Assembly (NCBI GenBank): GCA_963707985.1
Contig: CAVPRW010000024.1
Location: 128,001 to 192,000 of the forward strand
Length of the DNA: 64,000 nt
Reading direction: 5' to 3'
Source of the DNA: an uncultured Nitrospinota bacterium
GTDB lineage: Bacteria > Tectomicrobia > Entotheonellia > J063 > CAVPRW01
In this document: positions 10,232 through 21,305 of the stretch, in pieces
How positions within the stretch are numbered: the first letter of the stretch is position 1
How the letters are laid out: each line of letters starts with the position of its first letter
Notes under the pieces: generated by a model
Database searches by the model: none
The model's input: the letters and a program-made list of their open reading frames with translations, nothing else
What the model was told of the DNA's origin: nothing
Translations under genes and position numbers: made by a program

Positions 10232-10499
10232 TGCTTGAGGTTTGGCTAAAGTACATCCCTCCTGCTCGGAAAATCGACTCTGACCCCGATTTTCGACTGC
10301 CCACCCGCCGCGGCCAGTGTGCCCGTCCGGGTTCGCCTGAAACCGCCACCCGACCGCGGCTTGGTGCAGCGCGATAGTCAGGCGTCGTACCTTCGACTGA
10401 CAGGCAACGCTTCGTTTCTGCCCATCCTACTTTGCCGACAGCATTGTCTGACCAGACAATACTGTCCGTCCCCACTTTCTCAATGCTGTAGCCAATGCC

Positions 10500-11621
10500 T
10501 TACTGGGCTGTACCTTTTATCTGTAACTGCATTTTAATTTGATCCCCCGAACTCACCACTAAGCCGGCGTCCTCACAGTTCCATGACGTAGCAGCGTCCA
10601 GTGGGATGCGCACGGCTTCGTGTGTGGTCAGGTTCCGGCAGACCACCATCCCTTTCTCGGGTCTTATACCACTGACCGCTCCGCCGACAGGGGTGGGGGC
10701 GAGAGTAAAGAAGAGCAAACCCTTAGGGAAAAGGACCCCGCCACCCGACGTAAAGACATCAATGAAGGTTCCGGTTGTCCCGTGGTAACGCAAGATATTC
10801 CCAGTGTTCAGACTGGCAACATAGAGGTTGCCGTCTGGCCCGAAGGTGAGGTAATCGGGCGTATTCAACCCGCCGCTCCCCGCAGGCACAAACGTGTCGA
10901 TGAAGGCCCCGGTCCTCCCGTTATAGCGCTCTATCGCATCTACATGGAACCGACTGGCGTAGAGATGGCCGTCAGGTCCAAAGACTAGGCCCGCAAACGC
11001 CGAATCAAGCGGCGGGCCGCCGGAGTTGAACACGTCCATGAAGTCCCCCGTGGTGCCGTTGAAGCGCAGGATTTGCTGGTTGCCGCAGCAGTTGAACATG
11101 CCAGCATAAATATTGCCGTCTGGTCCGAAGGTGAAACCAACGAACCCAGATAGCCTGCTATCCGCAACGAAGGTGTCGACAAAGGCGCCGGTCTGTCCGT
11201 CGTAGCGGGAGATCGTCGCGTTGAACCGGCTACTGACATACAGCTTGCCATCCGGGCCGAAGACCACTTGGTCGGGATTGGCCAGCCCGCCACTGCCTGA
11301 AGGGACGAAGTCGTCGATAAAAGCGCCAGTCTGTCCATCGTAGCGCTTGACGCTATGGCTAGTCCAACTGCTGACGTAGAGGTTGCCATCCGGGCCGATG
11401 GTCAAGTTTTGTGGGGTATCCAGTCCGCCGCTGCCGGATAGGACGAAGATCTTCAGGAACACTCCTGTCGTCCCGTCATAGCTCACCACGCTATTGTCGG
11501 CAGCATTCCCAACCAGCAGTTGTGTCCCAGCTGCACGTGCGTGCGGACTGACCTCGATCGTGAGGGCAAGGAGGCCAATCATCAGGCCCAGACCGCGGAT
11601 TATTGCAGCGTAGGTTTTCAT
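10500..11621 (-). CDS. Secreted NHL/Vgb-type beta-propeller protein
   Basis: Signal peptide; repeated FGPDGxLYV...RYDGxTGAFIDxFVxxGSGGL blades. Confidence 0.88.
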   Translation of the reverse strand: MKTYAAIIRGLGLMIGLLALTIEVSPHARAAGTQLLVGNAADNSVVSYDGTTGVFLKIFVLSGSGGLDTPQNLTIGPDGNLYVSSWTSHSVKRYDGQTGAFIDDFVPSGSGGLANPDQVVFGPDGKLYVSSRFNATISRYDGQTGAFVDTFVADSRLSGFVGFTFGPDGNIYAGMFNCCGNQQILRFNGTTGDFMDVFNSGGPPLDSAFAGLVFGPDGHLYASRFHVDAIERYNGRTGAFIDTFVPAGSGGLNTPDYLTFGPDGNLYVASLNTGNILRYHGTTGTFIDVFTSGGGVLFPKGLLFFTLAPTPVGGAVSGIRPEKGMVVCRNLTTHEAVRIPLDAATSWNCEDAGLVVSSGDQIKMQLQIKGTAQ

Positions 11622-12466
11622 TGGCTCCTCCTAACGGGTTTGCACCCGCAAGTTCCATGTCGGTATGATGTGTTTGGCACGAATGCTGCGATCTGATACT
11701 CACGCGTGCCTAACGCTTGAGTATATGGAAGTGTTGCCGCCTAACACTCCCCTTGACCTTCCGGGGAATGTCCATCTAATATCCCAGCAGGTGGTTTTGT
11801 CTGTCAATTTTATGTATAATAACATAAATATAATCTATTTAAATCAATTTTTAAGGCGGAATAACCAGTGGCTGGTCACAAGCTGGCAGATTAAGCTGAA
11901 GTATGTTCCCCAGCTAGACATGGGATCCCCTATAGCCAGTCCAGGGGACCCTTAAATCATAATTATTCCCAGCCAGAACCGGAGTCCTTGGCAGCCTGAC
12001 AGGAGGACTCTGGGTAACACATGTTTCCAGAGTTGTGCGTGCAAGCGTACATGCCCCGTGTAGCAGCCTACCTAGCCCCTGGGATGGGTACCCTTGGCAG
12101 AGGTGTTTGGATGGTCTACTCATATTCTACACTACACACTGGGTATAAGTAGACCGTCAGCCATTATAGGGCCAACACTACTTGGTCGATGTCTTCCTGC
12201 CTAAATCTCAAATTCCGCACAGTGACTATAATATGAGAATACACTAGTGCTTGTTATGTCCTGTATAAGTCGTGTACCAGCTTATTGTAGACCTTACCAG
12301 CAAATTTTTTCCGCATACTATGTGTAAAGAGTTTAACGCTTAACACATTGGCCACATATGAGATTTCAGTAATTACCAAGCCTGCACGCGTCTAATGGAT
12401 TTCCCATGGATTCGTTATAGGAATAGAGATGCCTGCCCACTAGGCGAACACTAAACAGGTGTGGAG

Positions 12467-12496
12467 TTGACACTACAGAGGGGATAGAAATATAAA
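12467..12496 (+). promoter_or_regulatory. Possible higBA promoter
   Basis: TTGACA-18 nt-TATAAA upstream of ATG 12558. Confidence 0.45.
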
Positions 12497-12557
12497 AAGG
12501 ACATATGGTACAGCTGGGGCCAAGCCGTCAACTCAATACGTTCCAGAATAGAGATAG

Positions 12558-12854
12558 ATGCACGTTATTACACGGCAGCGGCTGCAAGAGTTTTGGCAGA
12601 CCCATTCCGATGCGGAACGCCCGTTGAAAGCCTGGCTGGCGATTGTCCGGTTGAAGCGCTATCGCAGCCCTCCCACAGTCCGCGAGGATTTTGCCTCGGC
12701 CAGTTTCCTCGGGAAATGGCGGGCGGTATTTAATATTGGGGGCAACAACTACCGACTTGTCGTCGATATACGCTATGATCTTGGCCGTATCTACATTCGC
12801 CATGTGCTGACCCATGAGGACTATGTTCGTCGGACACAGGACGGCAGTTGGTAG
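12558..12854 (+). CDS. higB: HigB-family toxin (type II TA)
   Basis: MHVITRQRLQEFW..H..AE.PL.AW...VFNIGGNNYRLV...IYIRHVLTHEDY. Confidence 0.93.
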   Translation: MHVITRQRLQEFWQTHSDAERPLKAWLAIVRLKRYRSPPTVREDFASASFLGKWRAVFNIGGNNYRLVVDIRYDLGRIYIRHVLTHEDYVRRTQDGSW

Positions 12855-12896
12855 GGCACGGCCACGTCCTAAGACGCAGCAGAAGGTGCAGATATC

Positions 12897-13317
12897 ATGG
12901 CTGAGCTGCTCGACTTTACAAAACCCCATGTCTTACGCAACGCGGCCGAATATACGGCGGCCGTGGCGGAGATTGACCAGCTCCTCGACCTCGACCCGCC
13001 CCCCCATTCAGAAGCCTACGAGCGGTTGGAATTCCTCTCGGTGTTGGTGCACGCCTATGAAGAGGCGCATTTCCCTCTGGAGCAACTCACGACCCCACAA
13101 GACGTCGTGACATTTATGTTGGAGCAGAAAGGCCTATCGCATACTGACTTAGCCCAATGGCTGGGGGGGAGAAATCCCGATGTGGGCCTTTTTACAGGGG
13201 ACCCGCCGTCTGTCCCTCCCACAAATTGAGCGACTGCGAGTGCACTTGGGAATTCCAGCGGATCTCCTCATCAGTCCTGGCAAGACACCTAACAAAGGCA
13301 TGGAGCTGACGCGCTAA
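12897..13317 (+). CDS. higA: HigA-family antitoxin, frameshifted near 13160-13200
   Basis: AEYTAAVAEIDQL...LVHAYEEAHFP...MLEQKGLSHTDLAQWLGG; the HTH continues in another frame as GTRRLSLPQIERLRVHLGIPADLLI...PNKGMELTR*. Confidence 0.85.
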
Positions 13318-13345
13318 AGCACGAGGCTCATGCCCAGCGTTACAC
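13287..13345 (+). mobile_element. Integron attC-like site (59 bp)
   Basis: ACCTAAC (R'')...GCATGGAGC / GCTCATGC inverted pair with one extra base...GTTACAC (R'). Confidence 0.7.
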
Positions 13346-13495
13346 CGTTGGTGTCAATGCCTGTTTGCCCAATTATGCCCGTCAGCTTGCGGGCCATCTC
13401 TTGCAGGTCCAATGGGCCGAGGATGTGGTTGCGGTCCAAAACGCTCTGGGTCTTATGCCCGGTATCCTTCATCGCGACACGTTCTGGCACACCAA
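13340..13495 (-). pseudogene. Tyrosine integrase C-terminal remnant 3
   Basis: GVPERVAMKDTGHKTQSVLDRNHILGPLDLQEMARKLTG, homologous to remnant 1; catalytic Tyr lost. Confidence 0.82.
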
Positions 13496-13784
13496 CGATC
13501 TCGCCGCAGCCATTGGCTCTGTGTATGGAGCTGACGCGGAACAAGCGTATCTACCGCACTGGCGCAAGCATATTGGCTTCGAAGTAGACCTCACGTAGGA
13601 TGTCGTGGCGGACCTGGTCAAGACCCATGTGCCCACGTTAAAAAAAGTGATCGACGTCCAAGATTCCGGCAATACCGAGCAGGCTTTTGTGGCGCTGCGC
13701 CAGGCCATCGATCACATGGAGATGGCCGCCAACCCACTGGACGGCGCCATCGTGAACCAATTCCCCGCTAAGTGCGCCCGATAA
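13492..13784 (+). pseudogene. Internally deleted fragment of a helical-repeat protein (copper-amine-oxidase-associated type)
   Basis: NDLAAAIGSVYGADAEQAYLPHWRKHIGF...HMEMAANPLDGAIVNQFP; family assignment from recall only. Confidence 0.4.
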
Positions 13785-14120
13785 CGCAGCCCCCTCCTCC
13801 ATGCGGCAGCGGTCTCTCTGGCCAGCCGAGAAGACTGCTGCACGCACAGGCCACTTTTCCCTTGACATTCAGAGTCTTCCATCGATACAGCCGACGTGGC
13901 TGTCAGGCGATGCCTTGTTACGGCCGAGTTGGTCCTCGAAAGTCCTTTCATGCGAATTGCCTCTGCAGCACGTTTTCGCAAGCCTTTCCTCAAAGAGTCT
14001 CACCCTCGAGTTCCCTCCCACCCTGAGCGTGGCTCAAGGCGGCGGGATGACAGGGCTATGACGTAGGACACTCACCCCTGCCCTCTCCCGCTGGGAGAGG
14101 AAGTATAACGACCTGAGGAG

Positions 14121-15105
14121 ATGTGCATGATGCACTGGCAATGGCTGATATGGATACTCGGTATGGTTCTGACGTGTACGCCGCTCTGGGGTGCTAGTCC
14201 GACATGGAAGCCACAGAAGCCGATTGAGTTCGTGATCCCAGCCGGGCCAGGAGGAGGAGCCGACGTCATGGCCCGTTTCATCGCTCCCCTGGTGAGCAAG
14301 TACAACCTCTCGCCGCAACCCCTGGTCACGGTCAACAAAGCGGGCGGGGCTGGGGCCGAAGGGTTCCTCTATGTCAAGGGCAAAAAGGGAGATCCGCACG
14401 TCATCATCATCACCCTCTCCAATTTGTTCACGACACCGTTGGCAACCGGCGCGCCGTTCAGTTGGAAGGATTTCACGCCATTGGCACGCTTAGCCCTGGA
14501 TGAGTTTGTCTTATGGGTCAATGCGGAGTCCCCCTATACGACAGCTGCCGCTTATCTGCAGGCCGCCAAGGACCATCCCGGAAAATTCAAGATGGGTGGG
14601 ACAGGCACGGCTCAAGAGGACCAGATCATCACCGTGCAGTTGGAGCAAGCGACGGGCGCCAAGTTCATCTACGTCCCTTTCAGAGGCGGTGGTGATGTCG
14701 CCACCAATCTGGTGGGCAAGCACGTGGACTCCACGGTCAATAATCCCAACGAGGCGGTGGGCCACTGGAAAGCGGGACGGCTCCGGCCACTGGGGATCTT
14801 CGATCTGGAACGCCTCGAGCTGCCGGATTGGCAGAACATCCCTACCATGAAGGAGCAGGGATATGACATCGAATACCTCATGCTGCGTGGCATCTTTGGG
14901 GCGCCGGATATCCCTAAAGAGGCACAGGAGTGGTACATCGAGCTCCTGAAAAAAATCAGCGAGACCCCAGAGTGGGTGGAGTTCACCGACAAGGGGGGCT
15001 TGAAGCGCAACTTTCTGGCTGGGGCGGAATTGACTACATGGCTTGAGCTCATCGACACGATGCACAAAAATCTGATGGCGCGAAGGCGGGCTGCTCAAGG
15101 AGTAG
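14121..15105 (+). CDS. tctC: TctC/Bug tripartite tricarboxylate transporter substrate-binding protein
   Basis: KPIEFVIPAGPGGGADVMAR, NKAGGAG, YVPFRGGG; natural end EGGLLKE* (TAG 15103-15105) is displaced by a probable 1-nt insertion near 15080. Confidence 0.9.
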
Positions 15106-15116
15106 ATGGCGTGGAT

Positions 15117-15587
15117 ATGCGTCAAACGGACATTGGATTTACGCTGGTGTTGCTCGTGTTGGCCGTACTCGTTGCTGTGGGCTCCTTGCAGCTTGACATC
15201 GGCTGGGGGATGAATGGTCCAAAGGGCGGCTTCTTTCCATTTTGGCTGGCGGTGGGGTTGGCGCTCTGTTGTCTGGTCATCCTGGTGCAAGCCCTCCGGA
15301 ACACCTCCCCGACGTCGAACCAACCACTGGTCAGACCTGGGGGATGGGTGCCGCTCCTTAAGGTGGCAGGTCCCGCCATCGCCATGGTGGCCCTCACTGA
15401 GATCATCGGGCTCTATCTGGCGGCTGCCCTCTACATCGGCTTCTATATGCGGTGGATCGGCAAACACTCCTGGCTTCTGGTTTTCGCGGTCAGCATGGGC
15501 GTACCTTTGTGCAGCTACCTGATTTTCGACAAGTGGTTTCTGATCCCCATGCCCAAAGGATGGTGGGGAGGACACCTCAGTCTCTAG
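15117..15587 (+). CDS. tctB: TctB small membrane subunit
   Basis: GPKGGFFPFWL and IFDKWFLIPMPKG; about 4 TM segments. Confidence 0.88.
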   Translation: MRQTDIGFTLVLLVLAVLVAVGSLQLDIGWGMNGPKGGFFPFWLAVGLALCCLVILVQALRNTSPTSNQPLVRPGGWVPLLKVAGPAIAMVALTEIIGLYLAAALYIGFYMRWIGKHSWLLVFAVSMGVPLCSYLIFDKWFLIPMPKGWWGGHLSL

Positions 15588-15607
15588 CGGCCAGGAGAGC
15601 GTCACCA

Positions 15608-17110
15608 GTGGATGCCTTCGCCAACCTGCTGATGGGTTTCCAGATCGCCCTGACGCCGTATAACCTGATGGTTGCTACCCTCGGCATCATTTTGGGGACG
15701 ATCATCGGCGTTCTCCCTGGCCTTGGGGGCGCCAATGGCGTGGCGATTCTATTACCGGTGACCTTCGTCATGCCCCCCACCTCGGCCATCATCCTGCTGT
15801 CGTGTCTCTACTGGGGGGCATTGTTCGGTGGGGCCATCACCTCGATCCTATTCAATATTCCCGGTGAGCCCTGGTCAGTGGCCACCACCTTCGACGGCCA
15901 CCCGATGGCCAAGCAGGGGCTGGGTGGGCAGGCACTGACTGCGGCCTTTACCTCGTCATTCATTGGTGCGGCCTTCGCGATTATTCTGGTGACGTTTTTC
16001 GCGCCTCTCATCGCCGAGTTCTCCCTCAAATTCGGGCCAGCGGAATTCTTGGGTGTTCAGCTGCTGACCTTCAGTGCCTTCGTCGGCATGGGGGGCAGCT
16101 CACCGGTCAAAACCATCGCCGCTACCCTCCTGGGGTTCATCCTGGCGACGGTCGGCATGGATATCATCAGTGGCCAGCTCCGCCTGACATTCGGTACCAT
16201 CGAACTGATGCGCGGCTTCAACTTCGTGGTGGTGGTCATCGGCTTGTTCGGCATCGGCGAGATTTTGCTCACCATCGAGGAGGGTCTGGAATTTCGGGGG
16301 GCGAAGCCGCAGGTGGGCTGGCGACTGATGGTCGACACCTGGCGGGAGTTGCCGCAATATTGGAAAACCTTCGTGCGCTCGGCCCTGATTGGCTCCTGGA
16401 TGGGGATTAAGCCCGGCGGAGCCACGCCAGCGTCGTTCATGAGCTATGGCATCGCCAAGAAGTTCTCCAAGACGCCTGAAACATTCGGCACCGGGACGTT
16501 GGAAGGCGTCCTGGCCCCAGAGACCGCCGCCCATGCCGCCGGGGTGTCGGCCTTGTTGCCAATGATCACACTGGGTATCCCGGGATCACCGACGGCGGCC
16601 GTGATGCTGGGGGGATTGCTCATCTGGGGGCTGCAGCCTGGACCGATGCTGTTTCAGGAACGGCCGGAGTTCGTCTGGGGGTTGATCGCCAGCATGTACA
16701 CTGGGAACGTCATCGGGGTGCTCATCGTGCTGTTGTTCGTCCCCGCTTTTGCGGCCATCCTGCGCCTGCCTTTTGCCATCTTGATCCCGCTCATCATCTA
16801 CGTCTGCGCCATCGGGGCCTATGCCGTGAACAACAGCACCACGGACATCTGGTATATGCTGATCTTTGGCGTCGCCGGTTATCTGTTCAAGAAACTGGAT
16901 TATCCGATCGCCCCCATGGTCCTGGCGCTGGTGCTCGGCGATATGGCCGAGTCGGCGTTGCGACAGAGCCTGATTATGTCCCAAGGCTCGCCGATAATTT
17001 TCTTCTCCAGCCCGATTGCAGCCGTGCTGGTGATCGTGTCGCTCTGGTTGCTCACGGCTCCGATCATCCATCCGCTGATCCGCAAAGCCTGGAATAGGTC
17101 CAGTCAGTGA
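15608..17110 (+). CDS. tctA: TctA large permease subunit
   Basis: GTIIGVLPGLG, ILFNIPGEP, TTFDGHPMA, LGIPGSPTAAV; GTG start. Confidence 0.93.
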   Translation: MDAFANLLMGFQIALTPYNLMVATLGIILGTIIGVLPGLGGANGVAILLPVTFVMPPTSAIILLSCLYWGALFGGAITSILFNIPGEPWSVATTFDGHPMAKQGLGGQALTAAFTSSFIGAAFAIILVTFFAPLIAEFSLKFGPAEFLGVQLLTFSAFVGMGGSSPVKTIAATLLGFILATVGMDIISGQLRLTFGTIELMRGFNFVVVVIGLFGIGEILLTIEEGLEFRGAKPQVGWRLMVDTWRELPQYWKTFVRSALIGSWMGIKPGGATPASFMSYGIAKKFSKTPETFGTGTLEGVLAPETAAHAAGVSALLPMITLGIPGSPTAAVMLGGLLIWGLQPGPMLFQERPEFVWGLIASMYTGNVIGVLIVLLFVPAFAAILRLPFAILIPLIIYVCAIGAYAVNNSTTDIWYMLIFGVAGYLFKKLDYPIAPMVLALVLGDMAESALRQSLIMSQGSPIIFFSSPIAAVLVIVSLWLLTAPIIHPLIRKAWNRSSQ

Positions 17111-17430
17111 CCTCACGGGACTCCGGTTTCCTGCGGATAGCTTGTTTGAGGTGATGGTGCTAATGCCTTGCTGAAGCCTTGCAAGAGTCCTGAACTGTTT
17201 CCGCATGTGCCGCGTGGCGTTATGCCGCTCGGGGACGTGACTTATTGGTTCTATCCGGTGGAGTCCGGGTGGTGTGCGTACTTGCCATCGTGCTGGTTTC
17301 AGGCCTGCTCAGCGCTGTATACGCCGCCGACCCAACTCATTGCGGTTGCCGTAGTGCTGATCAGAATGATTCGGAGGCACGGCTAGTGGCAGAGGTGGGG
17401 CTAAACGCATGAATACCTGAGAATACGTAG

Positions 17431-17856
17431 TTACAATCCCCACGCGGCGAGATAATGGGGCGTGAGGATCGCGAGCACTAAGCCTCCGATCTCGAGCAGC
17501 CCAAAAAGGAGGCGATAGGTTTCCGAGTCTGGCGGCCGAGCATAGTGGATACATTGCGCCTGCACGGCGGCACGCAGGCGATCCTGATCGGGGTCCAGGT
17601 GGGCAGTTGCCTTGCCACGCACGCCGACTGTGCCGTCGGGGGCTTCGATAGTGCCATAGACAATGGGTTGGCGATCGATTGCTCGGCGTTTGCGGGACGT
17701 CGTTCCGAGATACACGAGCCATGTGCCGTCTTCCCAGGTGTACCACACAGGATGGACGAGGGGCGTCCCATCAGGCTCGGTGACCGCAAGGTGTTACAGA
17801 CGGGGAGATGCCAGGAACTGGTCGACCGCCAATCGTGATGCAGGCGGTTCATTCAT
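17431..17856 (-). pseudogene. Pyridoxamine-5'-phosphate-oxidase-like protein with internal TAA
   Basis: DQFLASPRL*HLAVTEPDGTPLVHPVWYTWEDG...TTSRKRRAI; in-frame TAA at 17794-17796. Confidence 0.7.
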
Positions 17857-18424
17857 CGCTGAGACAATGCGCATAGGGCTCCACTTTGGGCAGGCAGTGC
17901 CTGCCATGCGCCCCCCCTTTGCAAAGGGGAGAATAGAGGCGAGACCATGGCCAACAAAGTCCCTTGTTTCCGCACTAGGTGCACTCATGACCCGAGACGC
18001 CGCGATCATGGGATAATATGGTACGATCTGTGAGTCGTTATGAACGTCAGACTTTACTAAATTCCGCCTCGCCCTGAAAAATTGGCTCAAAAATACGCAT
18101 TTCCCGGATTATAGGCGTTTTCCACCCACGAGTCATGCACGTCCTCTGCGGCGACTTGATTCACCTGTAAGATAACCGGTATAAGGAAACGCGGGACCCG
18201 TGAGGACAGTACGGTCATGTGCACCACGCCGACAATCCTGATACAACGGTTGCCTTTCAACGTCGCGCACTCATGGCAGTTCTGGCGATGCCGTGGTTAT
18301 GGTGCCAAATGCACGCGGGAATGGGACAACTTCACGTGGTAAGAACTGACGCTCATGAAACAGTTGATGTGGGGTGGAAGCAGGCACGTTCATACAGGAG
18401 AGGCAACACCGGGAGGAGGCTACC

Positions 18425-18574
18425 ATGCTGTGGACGATCTTTGTGATTCTCTTGATCTTGTGGCTGTTGGGACTCGTGACGTCCTACACCTTGGGGGGAT
18501 TCATTCATATTCTCTTGGTCATTGCGATCGTCGTGGTGCTGATTCGAGTCATTCAGGGGCGCAGACCCCTATAG
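18425..18574 (+). CDS. lmo0937-family (DUF5670) small membrane protein
   Basis: MLWTIFVILLILWLLGLVTSYTLGGFIHILLVIAIVVVLIRVIQGRR; GGAGG RBS. Confidence 0.9.
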   Translation: MLWTIFVILLILWLLGLVTSYTLGGFIHILLVIAIVVVLIRVIQGRRPL

Positions 18575-19203
18575 CCTTTGTGAGGCGGGGTGGCAGGTAA
18601 CATCCTGCTATGGCATCACGCGGCACGGCCCGGCATGGGAGTTGGTCCTCACGCCGATCCCATAGCTCGGTCTCTCGTTCCTCTGCTGACCTTAGCTGTG
18701 GAATCAGCCGCAAAGTCAATGAGCGCATGCACATCACTATTTGGGCGAAAGTTGGCCCATAGCGCGGAACCAATCAGCGTTCATGCACCAATTTTCAGCG
18801 CCAACAGCCCTCTGCGATGGCATCAGTGGGAAAGGAAGAGCAAGTGTTGCATTTACATTCACACGATCCGGTGATCGCCATGAGCATCCACCGATAGTAA
18901 TATTTGCTCATGGCATGAGCGCAATCCTGTGCGAGCAGCCATCGGACCCCATGATCGTGGCCGGCTTCGCACGGGGCGCCACGGTTTTAGGGAGATGCGA
19001 GCGATTCACGACGGCTAAGGATGGCCTGCTCCGGGACTGGCAACGCCCTGCTGAGCGGGGCCAGGCGGGAGTCAGACCGCGGTGAGGCCATGGGGTGGAG
19101 GCCATAGGGCTGCAGGACGTCTGGTGCGGGTCTGGGACGCGTCTGAAGGACGATGACGGGGTGGAACATGCGGCTGCGTGCTGGAGCACGAGAGGAGCGA
19201 GAG

Positions 19204-20530
19204 ATGCACACGCGGAACGATCGCACATGGAAACATCGCATCGCCGGTCTGGTCATGGCCGTGGTCAGCCTGCTGATGGTCGCGTCGGCGCCGGCGGCCG
19301 AGCTGCTGGTGAGCAGCGAGGCCACCGACCAGGTGCTGCGCTATGACGGGACGACCGGCGCGTTTCTGGGTGCCTTCGTGACCGCCGGCAGCGGCGGGCT
19401 GGATTCCCCAGGGCCTGGCCTTCGGGCCCGACGGCACCCTCTACGTCAGCAGCTTCGGCTCCGATCAGGTACTGCGCTATGACGGGACGACCGGCGCCTT
19501 TCTGAACGCCTTCGTGGCCGCCGGCAGCGGCGGGCTAGATGGCCCCACGTTCTTGACCTTCCGTCCCAGTGCGCTGGAGTGCCCGGAAGACGCTGATGCG
19601 GTCCTCTCCCGTGCCGTCGACCCTGAAGGCGACGATGCGACGCTGATTGGCGGTCTGCCCACGCACGTCACCCTCCAGGAGGCCGTGAATCAGGCCCAGG
19701 ACGGCGAGGTGATCGGTGTCTACGGGCGCAGCACGGAGAACGTGGTCATCACCGGCACCAACCGCCTGACCATCACCCAGTGTACCGTGGCTCAACTCAC
19801 CGCCGCCGCCGCGGGACCGGTGGTGCACATCACCGGCACCGGGACGATCACCATCATCAGCCGCGACACCGTGGGCGGCACCATCGGCTGGCGCGTAGAC
19901 ACGGATGGCCATGACCTGAAGAGCGTGCGGGCCAGCGGGGCCAGCTAGGTCGGCATTCTGGTGCTTGGCGACCACAATCGTATGAGCTACAATTCGGTGC
20001 GCAGCAGCGCGGTGGGCATTCGGGTCGAAGGGCGCTTCAACGACCTCCGCGGCGGCACCGTCGAAGGCCACACCGGCGCCGGTGTGCAGCTCACGGCTGG
20101 CGCCAGCGGCAACACCTTCCGGACCGCGACCGTGCAGCGCAACGGCGGCAACGGCATCGAAGTGGAGGGCTCCGATAATACCGTGCGCGACAACGGCCGC
20201 GTGAACCAGAACACCCTCAATGGCATCCTGGTCACGGGCGATCGCAATACCCTCATGGGCAACCGCTCTGAGACCGGGAAGGGCAATGGCCGGCATGGGA
20301 TCGAGGTGATCGCGGGAGCGGACACCAATCAGGTGACGAGCAACCAGATGTACAGCAATGCCTTCGACGGCGTGCACGTCTTCGGGACCGGCAATCAGCT
20401 CAAGAATAACAGCGCCAACGTCAACGTCGGTGTGGAGTTCAGCCTCGGGGCCGGCAACGTGGATCAGGGCGGCAACAAAGCGAATGGCCGCGCCTGCACC
20501 GTTGGCGCTGCCGGGGGCACCTGCAATTAG
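19204..20530 (+). pseudogene. Secreted NHL-repeat plus right-handed beta-helix protein, disrupted
   Basis: Signal peptide, two RYDGTTGAF repeats, NxxxGIxV repeats; frameshift near 19410 and in-frame TAG at 19946-19948. Confidence 0.75.
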
Positions 20531-20813
20531 CTGATATCCCGCGGTCGCCATCGTGACCGCCAGGGTGGCGGCCGCTCCTGCAGGATGACGGGTGCGGCCG
20601 CATCACCCTAGCCAGAGGCCTGCCGTCACGCCCCTGCGTCCCCAGGGGAAGTGACCGTTGCGGCCGCGCTCGTCGGCCACAAGGCGGTCGCGCCCGTGAT
20701 GGAGCATTGATGTCGGTACCTCCTCTTCCCGCCCGGCGCGTGCAGTGAGGAAATGGCGCAATGGTTGCCGACCTGGAGTGAGGTCAGTCGGGGATAGGAT
20801 TGAAAGGGTGCAC

Positions 20814-21200
20814 ATGGATACACTTCCGCAGGAGCTTCGCCAGGGAGTTGAGGAATTTAATCGCGCCTACTTCTTCGAGGCGCATGAGACGTTAGAAGAC
20901 CTATGGCGAGGAACTTCTGGTCCGCTGCGGCTCTTCTATCAGGGGTTGATTCAATTGGCGGTGGCCCTGTACCATCTGTCGAATGGCAACCGTCGGGGAG
21001 CACTCAACCTGCTTGGCAAGGGGCTGGATAAGCTCACTGCCTACCAGCCGACGTGCCAAAATATCGATGTTGATGCCTTATGCGGTGAAGCCCGCGCCTG
21101 GCTCGACCGTGTGCGTCAGGCGGGTAATGGCGAGCTGACCGTTGATCCAGCGCAGTTGCCGCGTATTCGCTGGCTCACGTCCGAAAGGAACTCGGCATAA
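20814..21200 (+). CDS. DUF309 family protein
   Basis: GVEEFNRAYFFEAHETLEDLW...FYQGLIQLAVALYHL..GN. Confidence 0.92.
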   Translation: MDTLPQELRQGVEEFNRAYFFEAHETLEDLWRGTSGPLRLFYQGLIQLAVALYHLSNGNRRGALNLLGKGLDKLTAYQPTCQNIDVDALCGEARAWLDRVRQAGNGELTVDPAQLPRIRWLTSERNSA

Positions 21201-21305
21201 AATTTGGCCTCAGCGTGCCCGCGCAGCATTCCCCTGACGAACCAGGTGCTGAGCGTATGAGCGAGCTTCTCGAGCAAGTCAAATTGGCCCGCGTGTCGGT
21301 AACTC

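Noticed and set aside
11700..12460. AT-rich non-coding stretch with two GCCTAAC motifs
   Set aside because: No complementary attC halves, credible ORF or recognisable RNA
14121..15587. Apparent 488-aa TctC-TctB fusion
   Set aside because: A natural TctC end (EGGLLKE*) lies in the adjacent frame and TctB has its own ATG; best explained by a 1-nt insertion
19946..19948. In-frame TAG as pyrrolysine or readthrough
   Set aside because: The gene also has a frameshift and is not a known Pyl family; a nonsense change is simpler
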